64,000 bases of DNA from the human T2T-CHM13v2.0 reference genome, Homo sapiens: the NCBI RefSeq assembly GCF_009914755.1, contig NC_060935.1; one strand, given 5' to 3'. Positions 32,199 to 42,346 of the stretch are shown here, in pieces. The notes under the pieces are model-generated. The model saw only the letters and a program-made list of their open reading frames with translations. It had not been told where the DNA came from and made no database searches. A program made the translations under genes and the position numbers. Position 1 is the stretch's first letter. Every line of letters starts with the position of its first letter.

Positions 32199-35079
32199 TC
32201 AAGATATACTTTAAGAAAAAAAGCAGATACAAAGATATCTCTTTATATATATCTACATATAGATATCTGTGTGTATATATCTTAAGTATATTTATAAAAG
32301 ATATATAATTTATATAAAATATATATACCTCGTACATATAAACATGTATATCACAAATACATGATACTAATTTTGAAACAGTAGATTATCGTAATTATAA
32401 ATTGAAAAGAATAAAATATATAACATATTAACTGTGGTCATAATGAATGGTAGGATTGTGAGTGGTTTTATTTTTTCTTTATATTCTATAGTTTTGCTAA
32501 TTTTTCACAAAAGCATGCATTATTTTTATTATTAAAAAATCACGTTATAAAAATGTTATATGTTTTACATAATTATACAAACAAATACCAGGACTTTTTT
32601 CTTTAAAAGATTTTCTGCAGACCCCTTTTAAAATAAAATCCTTACCCAACCTCATGCTACCATCTTGATCAAATCTCACCCCCACAATTAATTTCTGTAA
32701 ATGTAGAAACTATTCAACTCATTGATATTTTTATTTTATGAAAATAAGACTGCAATATATAAATTGTTCTGAAATTTAATGTTTTCACTGAGCAAAAATA
32801 TCATGGACATTTCTCTGTGTCAGGATACGGGGATCTATGAGCCCTTTCTTGATGGCTATATTCCCAACTATTCCAGAGTGTAGCTGGTTTGGAACTTATT
32901 TGCCCTTTGCCCTATCTTTCCCGTGTTTTATTATCCGTTGGTGACTTCAGCACCCCTGTGCATACTGCCTTGCACCCTGGTGAGTATAGGAGGCTTCTCT
33001 AAAGGTAATAGTGTATACGAGATTTTTTTTTAATGTGGCTTTTGCCATTTTATCCCTTAAAAATGGCTGTATCAATTTTCCAGCTTCTGGTAACTGATAT
33101 TCTTTAAATGAGACTCCAAGCTTCAACTGACAGATTGAGGAATCTGGTGGACCATCTGGTGCAGCGCCTTTATTTCACAGATAAACTGAGACCCGGGGGG
33201 AGAGACTCCACCCTAGGCACGGAGCCAGTGAGGGGCTGAGCCAGGATGCTGCCCACAGCGTCCCACTTCTGGACCCATCTAGAAGCCACTACGCTAGCAG
33301 GACTCAGAAGTCATTGTCCTCATGCTTCCCTCAGCCTGGAAAATTGATCCCACCACCAAGCTGGAAAACCACTCATCCTTTGGGTCTTCATCTAGATGTC
33401 ACCCCCTCCAGGAAGCCTTCCCTGATTTTCCCAGAGGCTGGATTGGACACGCGTCCCCCTCTGTGCTCCCTCAGGCCTGGCCTTTCCATGCTGTGTCCCA
33501 GTTGCCTGTCAGGTAGCCTCCCCACTGGGCTGGAAGCTCAGGGCGGTGGTGGGGGGTGCGGGGAGCAGGGTGTGCTTGTCAGTCTGTTTCATGTGTCCCT
33601 GCTGAAAGCTTCTCTGTCAATCATTCATTTGTTCAAGAAATAGCTTTGTGCCGGGTGCTAGGTGCGGGGGAGAGAAGGCAGGAGCGCTCCTGACCAGTGT
33701 CAGGTCTTCAGGAACGCTAAGCACTGCTCTAAGAAGCTGAGAGCCACACTGAAGCTCTGCGTGCTGACCGCCACGTGAGCCTTTTCCACAAGTGCACCCG
33801 GCCAGCCTCCCAACATCCCTTCAAGGCAGGCTGTGTTCCACCCGTTTTACAGATGGGATCTGAGGCTCCAAGGGCCAAGGCTGCCACACCGAGGACACAC
33901 AGTTGGGTCAGCCGGCCTCCTAGGCCCCCAAGATCTCTACTGTGACACAGCGAAACCCCTAAATGGCCACGAGAAGCACCAGCCTGAGATGAGAGAGAGG
34001 CTGCACCAGGGCAAGGGGTGCCTGTGGAAGAGGAGGCCTGGCGGTCCAGTCCAAAGCTCACTGTTGGTTATCTGTGCACCTTGGAGAATTCACATAACCT
34101 CTCTGATCCTCAATTATTTCACATGAACAACAGCCTTCATTAACACCTGTCGTACACTACTAGGAGGCCTTATTTTCTCAACCAAAGCCTATGCCTTATG
34201 GTCGAACAAGTCTAATCTTACAGTAGCAGCGGAAGAGTGAATATGAATGCTGAGTCCTCAGGGCCTCAGGCTGCGGGATGTGTGACTGGCACCCCGGGCT
34301 GTGGGCAGGCCTACAGCAGGCCTGGGTTGGGGGGCAGGTAGCAATGGAAAGGGGCTCCAGGAACACAGCCCCAGTGAGGGGAACTTGAGGAGGGCCCAGC
34401 AGAGGCGGGGGCGAATGCAGCCTGAGCCAACCAGCCCGCTCACGCCAGGGTACCACTGATCACAGACCTTCCAGAAGCCACAGGAGGCTGCCTAGTGTTG
34501 TCCGTGAGGGGCTAGGAAAGTAGGGGGTCAGTGGGGGAGCCTTATCTGTCCCTCCAGGCAAGACGGCCTCCTCCCCAGCTGCTCGACTCGCACCTGGACT
34601 TGGGGAAAGTACACACACTGAGACACCTTCCCAAGCCAGCGGGACCCTGTTCAGGCCACTTGGAATCCTCAGTCTTCTGCCCCTCCCCAAAGCCCTGACA
34701 CTCACTCAACACTCAGCTCCCTCTCACACTAGCGAAAGAGGTAAACCTCCAGGCCCCACACAGAGAAATCCCCCACCTCCGACTGGACTCGGCACGCCAG
34801 TCAAACACTTTCATGCTGGGTTCCTAGGACAAGAGAGCTGGGCCTCGGGACCATCCAATCTCTGCATTTTACATATGAGCCAACCTCGGCCCAGAGCATG
34901 ACAGGGACTTGACTGCAAAGGTGCCAAAGGTGAGACTCGAATGCAGGTGCCACCAGGCCAGCGCGTCTCCACCACACTGCACGCCACATGCATGTCCAGA
35001 CCTGGATCCTAGATCCTCCTTCTCCCCCTCCCCACCCCCCACCAACAGCCAAACTGGGTGGGAACAAAGCTGGGGGAGG

Positions 35080-35700
35080 AGAGGCACTTCCTGAGCTGGC
35101 GGGGAGGGGAGTGTTGCGAAGTCAGCTCCCTGGGTGCCCCCACCCCCACAGCCAAACAGAGGTTTCCAAGGATCCAGGTCACTGAGTCATCCACACACAC
35201 TTGTAGGCCTCTTCTGCCCTTCTCATCTGGCCACCAGGCCATCCATTATCTTTGGGAATCATTCCATAGATTTCTTCCTTCATTCATTCAACAAACCCTG
35301 AGGTCCTACTATGCACCAGTCACATTCCTCAGCCTCCTTCCCCTCCTCCCTCCCACCCTCAGCTCCTCCCCTTTCCCCAGATCCTAGTGCCCCTTTGCCC
35401 CAGTGAAGAGGGCACACCTGGGGGCACTGAGGAGTCACCGAGTCCAGAGGGGTGACAGACACAGGCACACCCCACCCCAGATTACCTGGTGTGGCCCACG
35501 GCAGCACCGGCAGGCACCTCTCCGGTAGAGGTTGAGGAGGTTCTGACACCCGGCCCTGGGGGCTCAGCAACCCCTTCCCCCACCTTCAGCCTCTACTGGG
35601 CCGCGCTGCCTGGAAAACCCAGCCTGGGCTCAGCTGACTTCCTCTTGTGTCATGGAAAGTGCAGTGATGGGGACAGGAAACTCCCGCCAGGGATCTGAGG
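35080..35700. promoter_or_regulatory. Candidate CD5 upstream inducible (NFAT/AP-1/Ets) enhancer
   Basis: CACTTCCTG (~35085), TGAGTCA (35183-35189), TGGAAAA (35611), ACTTCCTC (35637), TGTGTCATGGAAAG (35646-35659), GGAAACTCCC (35676). It lies ~10 kb upstream, in line with a recalled inducible DNase site. Confidence 0.55.
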
Positions 35701-36775
35701 TCTGAGTGGGGACAGGGGCCCAGAGGTTTCTGGACCTGGAGGCCCGGAGGGGTGAAAGGGGCAGGGGTAACTTATGGGGGTGGGCAGCAGGGAGGGAGCC
35801 TATAGGGCAGTGTTCTCAGAGGGCAGCGACCCCCTCCACTAGGGTCGAGGCAGTGCCAAGCCCTGGGGGCCTGGAAGACAGCAACCCGAGGCCCTGAGCT
35901 ACTTTCAGTTTTCCAAAACCAAACTAACAAACAAAAAGAGTAGAAGTTGTACTGTGATGAAGACTCTGAGATCAAAGCAAAGCCCAAATGTTTGGTTTGT
36001 TTTCTTTTCTTTGGGTAAGGAGGTGGGGAGTGGTGGCAAGGGTGGCAGAGTGAGGAAAACGTGGGATCATACTTCAGCGTTGACCTCCTGGGGCCGAATA
36101 CTTTACCTTCTGAGCCTCAGTTTCCTCATCTGTGAAATGGAAAGCTGTGCCCACTTCCATGATAATTGGGAAGACTGAAGGAGCTGACGCCTCTGGCTAG
36201 AGGAAGGTGCTTAGTAAAACTTTCCTCGCTCTTTTGGGCTGCAATTATGTACACTGAGTGTGGGAACAGGGGCTGTGAAGGGCTGCTTACTGCACACAGC
36301 TGTGTGACCCACGAACAGCACTCATCAAGAAAAAACATCCCAGCAGAGTCTTTGGTGCTAAGAAGGGTGGAGCCATGTCTGTCTCTTTCGTCTTCACATC
36401 CCTGGGCTTAGCATGGGACAAATATTGATAAATGAATGAGTGAATGAATGAATGAATGAAAGAGGCTGGGATTTCCAGAGTCAAGGGACCAGGAAGGATG
36501 GATGTGAGGGCAGGGGGCAGGGAACTGGGCCAGGCCTGGCCGGGAGGGGCCGGGTGAGGTTTCCCCATCCCAGGCTGAGGGCACCTCTGGCGGAAGGAGA
36601 AGGCACCTCTGAAGGCTGGATGAGGGATGGGTGTGGCCCCAATCACAGCTACCTTAGGAGTTCTCTTTCCTTGATCCTGGGGTGGGGGTCAAAGCTTCCC
36701 TCTGCCAAAGAGGTTCAAGCATGCAGCACCCTCCAGCCCTGAGTGAGCAGAAACCGGGGAGTGTCTAAGTGGGTC

Positions 36776-37232
36776 TAAGGGAGGAGACCACCCCTCCTAT
36801 TGTCTTATGCCCGATTTCTGCCTCCAAAGAAAGAAGAAGTAAAAACTAAAAGGCAGAAATGAAATCCACAAGCAGACAGCTCGGCGCCACACCCTGGGCC
36901 TGGTAGTTAAAGATCGACCCCTGACCTAATCGGTTATGTCATCTATAGATTACAGACATTGTATAGAAAAGCACTGTGAAAATCCCTGTCCTGTTCTGTT
37001 CTAATTACCGGTGCATGCAGCCCCCAGTCACGTACCCCCTGCTTGCTCATTCGATCACGACCCTCTCAAGCGGACCCCCTTAGAGTTGTGAGCCCTTAAA
37101 AGGGACAGGAATTGCTCACTCAGGGAGCTCGGCTCTTGAGACAGGAGTCTTGCTGATGCTCCCGGCTGAATAAACCCCTTCCTTCTTTAACTTGGTGTCT
37201 GAGGGGTTTTGTCTGTGGCTTGTCCTGCTACA
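36776..37232 (+). promoter_or_regulatory. 5' LTR (LTR2); promoter of alternative CD5 first exon E1B
   Basis: TAAGGGAGGAGACC...CCTGCTACA; TATA-like TTAAAA (37096-37101); AATAAA (37169-37174). The E1B role is recalled from the literature. Confidence 0.9.
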
Positions 37233-37237
37233 TTTCT

Positions 37238-37255
37238 TGGTTCCCTGACCAGGAA
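37238..37255 (+). other. Primer binding site, tRNA-Glu
   Basis: TGGTTCCCTGACCAGGAA is a 17/18 match to the complement of the tRNA-Glu 3' end (TGGTTCCCTGACCGGGAA). Confidence 0.92.
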
Positions 37256-37371
37256 GCAAAGTGATTAACGGACAGTCGAGGCAGCCCCTTAGGCAGCTTA
37301 GGCCTGCCCTGTGGAGCATCCCCGCGGGGGACTCTGGCCAGCTTGAGCGACACGGATCCTGAGAGCGCTCC

Positions 37372-37504
37372 CAGGTAGGCAATTGCCCCAGTGGAATGCC
37401 TCGTCAGAGCAGTGCATGGCAGGCCCCTGTGGAGGATCAACGCAGTGGCTGAACACAGGGAAGGAACTGGCACTTGGAGTCCGGACAACTGAAACTTGGT
37501 AAGA
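37372..37504 (+). other. Candidate proviral leader splice donors (possible E1B 3' ends)
   Basis: CAG|GTAGGC (GT at 37375) and TTG|GTAAGA (GT at 37499). The sequence alone cannot show which is used. Confidence 0.6.
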
Positions 37505-37810
37505 CTAGTCCTTGGAACTTGCCCACTCCATTTGAGTGGAAGCGTGGCCCAATCACCCATGGCATGCCTTTATCGGCACTTTGGTTTTGGTTTTGGTTTT
37601 GACTTGGTTTGAATCGCTTGACAGGACTGGTCTTGGGAACTTGCCTACTCCATTTGAGTAGAAGCGTGTCCTGATCACCCACAGTGTGCCTGTACCAGCA
37701 CTTTGGTTTTTGTTTTTGACTTGTCTTGGATTGCTTGATACTTTGGTTTTGGTTTTGACCTGGCTTGGATTTCTTGATACTCTGATTTTGGTTTTGATTC
37801 TGGCTTGGCG
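37503..37810 (+). repeat. HERV-E leader tandem repeat (~120-bp units) and TTTTGG repeats
   Basis: Two diverged copies of GACT(A/G)GTC..GGAACTTGCC.ACTCCATTTGAGT.GAAGCGTG...GCACTTTGGTTTT. Confidence 0.75.
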
Positions 37811-37891
37811 TAAACTGTAAAAGTGTGTGTGTGCCCTTTTTACCCGTTCTTTGTTTTGTGGTGTGAGCATGGTGTTTTGTCTCGAGGAAAC

Positions 37892-39517
37892 ATGGGTCAG
37901 ACACAAAGTAAGCCTACCCCACTAGGAACTATGTTGAAAAATTTCAAAAAGGGATTTAAGGGAGACTCTGGAGTCACTATGACACCAGGAAAACTTAGAG
38001 CTTTGTGTGAGATAGACTGGCCAGCATTAGAGGTGGGTTGGCCATCGGAAGGAAGCCTGGACAGGTCCCTTGTCTCGAAGGTATGGCACAGGGTAACCTG
38101 TAAGCCAGGGCACCCAGATCAGTTCTCACATATAGATTCTTGGTTACAGCTAGTTTTGGACCCCCCGCAGTGGTTAAGAGGACAGGCAGCAGCAGTACTA
38201 GTAGCAAAGGGACAGTTAGTTAAGGAAGGTTCTCGATCCCACCCGCCGAGGGAAGTCAGCACCAAAAGTCCTGTCCAACCCAACACCAGAAGAGTCACGG
38301 CAGGAATTGGTACCAGCAGTATCCCCTCCTTATCAAGAGGAAGGGCTCCCCACTCCTGAGCCCACAGCACCTACAACTCCACCAGATAACCACACCCCAG
38401 ACCACCCAGAGTAGACAAAAGAGGAAGTGAAGCCACGGGAGAAACTCCTCCCTTGAAAGCTCGCTTACAGCCCAAGACTGGAATCCAAATGCCCCTGAGA
38501 GAGCAGTGATATACTGGGGTAGATGAGGACGGACACATGGTGGAAAGGCGTGCCTTTGTGTATCATCCTTTTACCTCTGCTGACCTCCTCAATTGGAAAA
38601 ATAATACTCCATCTTACACTGAAAAGCCTCAAGCTTTAATTGACTTGCTCCAAACTATTATACAGACTCATAATCCTACTTGGGCTGACTGCCACCAGCT
38701 GCTCATGTACCTCTTTAATACAGGTGAAAGGTGAAGGGTGCTCCAGGCGGCAACTAAGTGGCTAGAGAAGCACGTCCCAGCCGATTACCAAAACCCCCAA
38801 GAATATATAAGAATTCAGCTGCCAGGAACAGACCCCCAATAGGACCTGAACGAGGGACCAGACATGGAGAGGCTAAGACGGTACCGTGAGGCATTAATAG
38901 AAGGTCTAAGGAAAGGGGCTCAAAAGGCTACAAATGTAAATAAGGTCTCTGAGGTCATCCAAGGAAAAGAGGAGAGTCCAGCACAATTCTATGAAAGACT
39001 GTGTGAGGCTTACTGTATGTACACTCCTTTTGATCCAGATAGCCCTGAGAATCAGCCCATGATTAACATGGCCTTACTTAGTCAAAGCACGGAATATATC
39101 AGGAGAAAATTGCAGAAACAGGCTGGGTTTGCGGGTATGAATACCTCACAGTTACTGGGGTTTGCGGGTATGAATACCTCACAGTTACTGGAAATAGTCA
39201 ATCAAGTGTTTGAGAATGCAACAAGCCACAGAGAAAGCCGTAAGGAAGGCGAACGCCAGGCTAGGCGAAACGCCGACTTACTGGCCATGGCCATTATGGG
39301 AATTCCCCCGAAAGGAGAGGGAAAGGGGGGTTCTGGGAAGAATACCCAGTCTAATCTCCCATGCTTGCAATGTAACCAATGCGCCTGTTGTAAGGAAGTA
39401 GGGCATTGGAAAAATAAGTGTCCCCAACTGAAGGAAAAGCAAGGTGATTCAGAACAAAAGACCTCAGATAAAGATGAGGGAGCTTTGTTCAATCTGGCTG
39501 AAGGGCTACTGGACTGA
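37892..39517 (+). pseudogene. gag: HERV-E gag, disrupted
   Basis: MGQTQSKPTPL myristoylation start; MHR-like QGKEESPAQFYERL; zinc knuckle CACCKEVGHWKNKC; premature stops at 38507, 38732 and 38839; apparently compensating frameshifts at ~38238 and ~38397. Confidence 0.9.
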
Positions 39518-40222
39518 AGGGGACCGGGCGCAAGCACCCCCAAGGAGCCCAAGGTCAGGATTACAACTGGGGGCAAGGACGTTAAGTTTTTGGTTGATAG
39601 TGGTGCTGAACCTTCAGTAGTGACCACCCCGGTCACCCCCTCATCCAAGAAAACCATTGATATAATCAGAGCAACAGGAGTTTCCACTAAGCAGGCTTTC
39701 TGTCTACCACGGACCTGCTCGGTGGGGGGACATGAGATAGCTCACCAGTTCTTGTACATGCCTGACTGTCCCTTGCCCTTGCTGGGAAGAGACTTGCTTA
39801 GCAAGTTGAGAACCACCATCTCCTTTACAAAGCAGGGCTCTTTACAGCTAAAGTTACCAGCAACAGGAGTTATCATGGCCCTTACGGTCCCCCGGGAAGA
39901 AGAATGAAGACTTTTTCTAACCAAGCCAGGCCAAGAGATAAAACCAGCTCTAGCTAAGCAATGGCCCCAAGTATGGACAGAGGATAATCCTCCAGGACTG
40001 GTGGTCAGCCAAGCCCCTGTACTCATAGAAGTTAAGCCTGGGGCCCAACCAATTAGACAAAAGCAGTATCTGGTTCCCAGAGAAGCTCTCGAAGGAATCC
40101 AGGTTCCTCTCAGGCGCTTGACAGCCTATGGAATTATAGTTCCTTGCCAGTCTCCACGGAACACCCCCCTCCTACCTGTCCCTAAACCAGGGACCAAGGA
40201 CTACTGGCCAGTACAGGACTTG
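39518..40222 (+). pseudogene. pol: HERV-E pro and N-terminal RT fragment
   Basis: In frame after the gag stop; protease LVDSGA and LLGRDLL; RT start ...PLLPVPKPGTKDYWPVQDL, after which pol is lost; stop at 39905. Confidence 0.88.
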
Positions 40223-41494
40223 GTCCGAGGAGAAGTTTACAAACCCTCTCCTGAGCCAGTGTTTCAAACTTTCTAAGATGAACTCAATGTGCCAGTACCA
40301 CAAATTCCAGGAAAAACAAGAAATTTGTTTTTGCAATTAGCCGAGCACGTAGCCCAGTCTCTCAATGTCACTTCATGTTATGTATGCGGAGGAACTGTAA
40401 TGGGAGGTCAATGGCCATGGGAAGCCCAAGAATTACTACCTACAGACCCAGTTCCTGATGAATTCTTGGCTCAAAAGAATCACCCTGATAATTTCTGGGT
40501 CCCAAAAGCCTCAATTATTGGACAATATTGCATAGCTAGAGAAGGAAAAGAATTCACTCACCCCGTAGGACGACTTAGTTGTCTGGGACAGAAACTGTAT
40601 AATGGTACCACAGAAACAGTCACTTGGTGGAGTTCAAATCACATAGAGAGGAATCCATTTAGTAAATTCCCAAAGTTGCAAACCGTGTGGACCCACCCGG
40701 AGTCCCACCAGGACTGGACAGCCCCCACTGGATTATACTGGATATGTGGGCATAGAGCTTACGCCAAATTACCTGACCACTGGGCAGGTAGTTGTGTTAT
40801 TGGCACTATTAAACCATCTTTCTTCCAACTGCCCATAAAAACAGGTGAACTCCTGGGCTTCCCTGTCTATGCTTCCCGCAAAAAGAGAAGCATAGCTATA
40901 GAAAATTGGAAAGATGATGAATGGCCGCCCCCTGAGAGAATCATACAATATTATGGGCCTGTTACTTGGGCACAAGACGGCTTGTGGGGATACCAGACCC
41001 CCATTTACGTGCTCAACCGAATCATACGGTTACAAGCTGCCTTAGAAATAATCACTGATAAAATCAGCAGAGCCTTGACTATTCTGGCCTGGCAAGAAAC
41101 TCAGATGAGAAATGCTATCTCTCAAAATAGATTGGCTCTCGACTACTTGCTAGCAGCTGAAGGAGGGGTCTATGGGAAATTTAACCTTACTAATTGCTGT
41201 CTACACGTAGATGATCAAGGACAAGTAGTTGAAGATATAGTTAGAGATAGGACAAAACTGGCACATGTGCCCGTGCAAGTGTGGCATGAATTTGATCCTG
41301 GGGCCATGTTTGGAAAATGGTTCCCAGCACTAGGAGGATTTAAAACTCTTATAATAGGAGTTTTAATAGTAATAGGAACCTGCTTACTGCTCCCTTGTTT
41401 GCTACCTGTACTTCTTCAAATGATAAAAAGCTTCATCGCTACCTTAGTTCACCAAAATGCTTCAGCCCAAGTGTACTATGTGAATCACTATTGA
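40223..41494 (+). pseudogene. env: HERV-E env, 5'-truncated; 401 codons open (40289-41494)
   Basis: CYVC motif; furin site RKKR (40877-40888); ISD QNRLALDYLLAAEGG; TM anchor LIIGVLIVIGTCLLL; no signal peptide. Confidence 0.9.
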
Positions 41495-41573
41495 TCTGTC
41501 TTGCAAGAAGACATGGTAGTGAAAATGAAAGTGAGAACTCCCACTCATGAGTGAGATTCTCAAAAGAGGGGAA

Positions 41574-42023
41574 TAAGGGAGGAGACCACCCCTCATACTG
41601 TCTTATGCCCAATTTCTGCCTCCAAAGAAAGAAGAAGTAAAAACTAAAAGGCAGAAATGAAATCTGCTCAGCACCACACCTGGGCTTGGTAGTTAAAGAT
41701 CGACCCCTGACCTAATCTGTTATGTTATCTATAGATTACAGACATTTTATAGAAAAGCACTGTGAAAATCCCTGTCCTATTCTGTTCCATTCTAATTATC
41801 AGTGCATGCAGCCCCCAGTCATGTACCCCCTGCTTGCTCAATCGATCATGACCCTCTCAAGCAGACTCCCTTAGAGTTGTGAGCCCTTAAAAGGGACAGG
41901 AATTGCTCACTCAGAGAGCTCAGCTCTTGAGACAGGAGTCTTGCTGATGCTCCCGGCTGAATAAACCCCTTCTTTCTTTAACTTGGTGTCTGAGGGGTTT
42001 TGTCTGTGGCTTGTCCTGCTACA
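41574..42023 (+). mobile_element. 3' LTR (LTR2)
   Basis: About 95% identical to the 5' LTR by manual alignment; AATAAA at 41960-41965. Confidence 0.95.
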
Positions 42024-42346
42024 GGTCTAAGTGGAATCTAAGTGGAGGCATCACTGAGCCAGCCTCTCCAGCCCAGGGATGGGGAGGCCCCAGGCCCTAG
42101 TGGACCTGGACCAGTGATCACGTCCTTGAACTACTTCCTACCTGCCTGGGGTGGCCCAGAGTACAGGAAGCCCAAGGAGCCAGGAGCTTTCTCATCTGGG
42201 AGCACAAAGGATGTGAGGAAAAAACGGAACCCAGCCCAGCCCAGGGAAACACAGGGACTTTCCCCTGCCCCGGGCTTCCCATCTTCTTTGCAGAGACCCT
42301 GCCTCTTCTTCAAGGGGGATGATTCCAGACCCTCTAAGAGCAACAG

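Larger units (their letters stand above)
36776..42023 (+). mobile_element. HERV-E (LTR2-type, ERV1) provirus, internally deleted, 5248 bp
   Basis: Paired LTRs; 4-bp TSD GGTC (36772-36775 and 42024-42027); tRNA-Glu PBS; gag, pro, partial pol and env remnants; polypurine tract AAAAGAGGGGAA (41562-41573). Confidence 0.96.
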
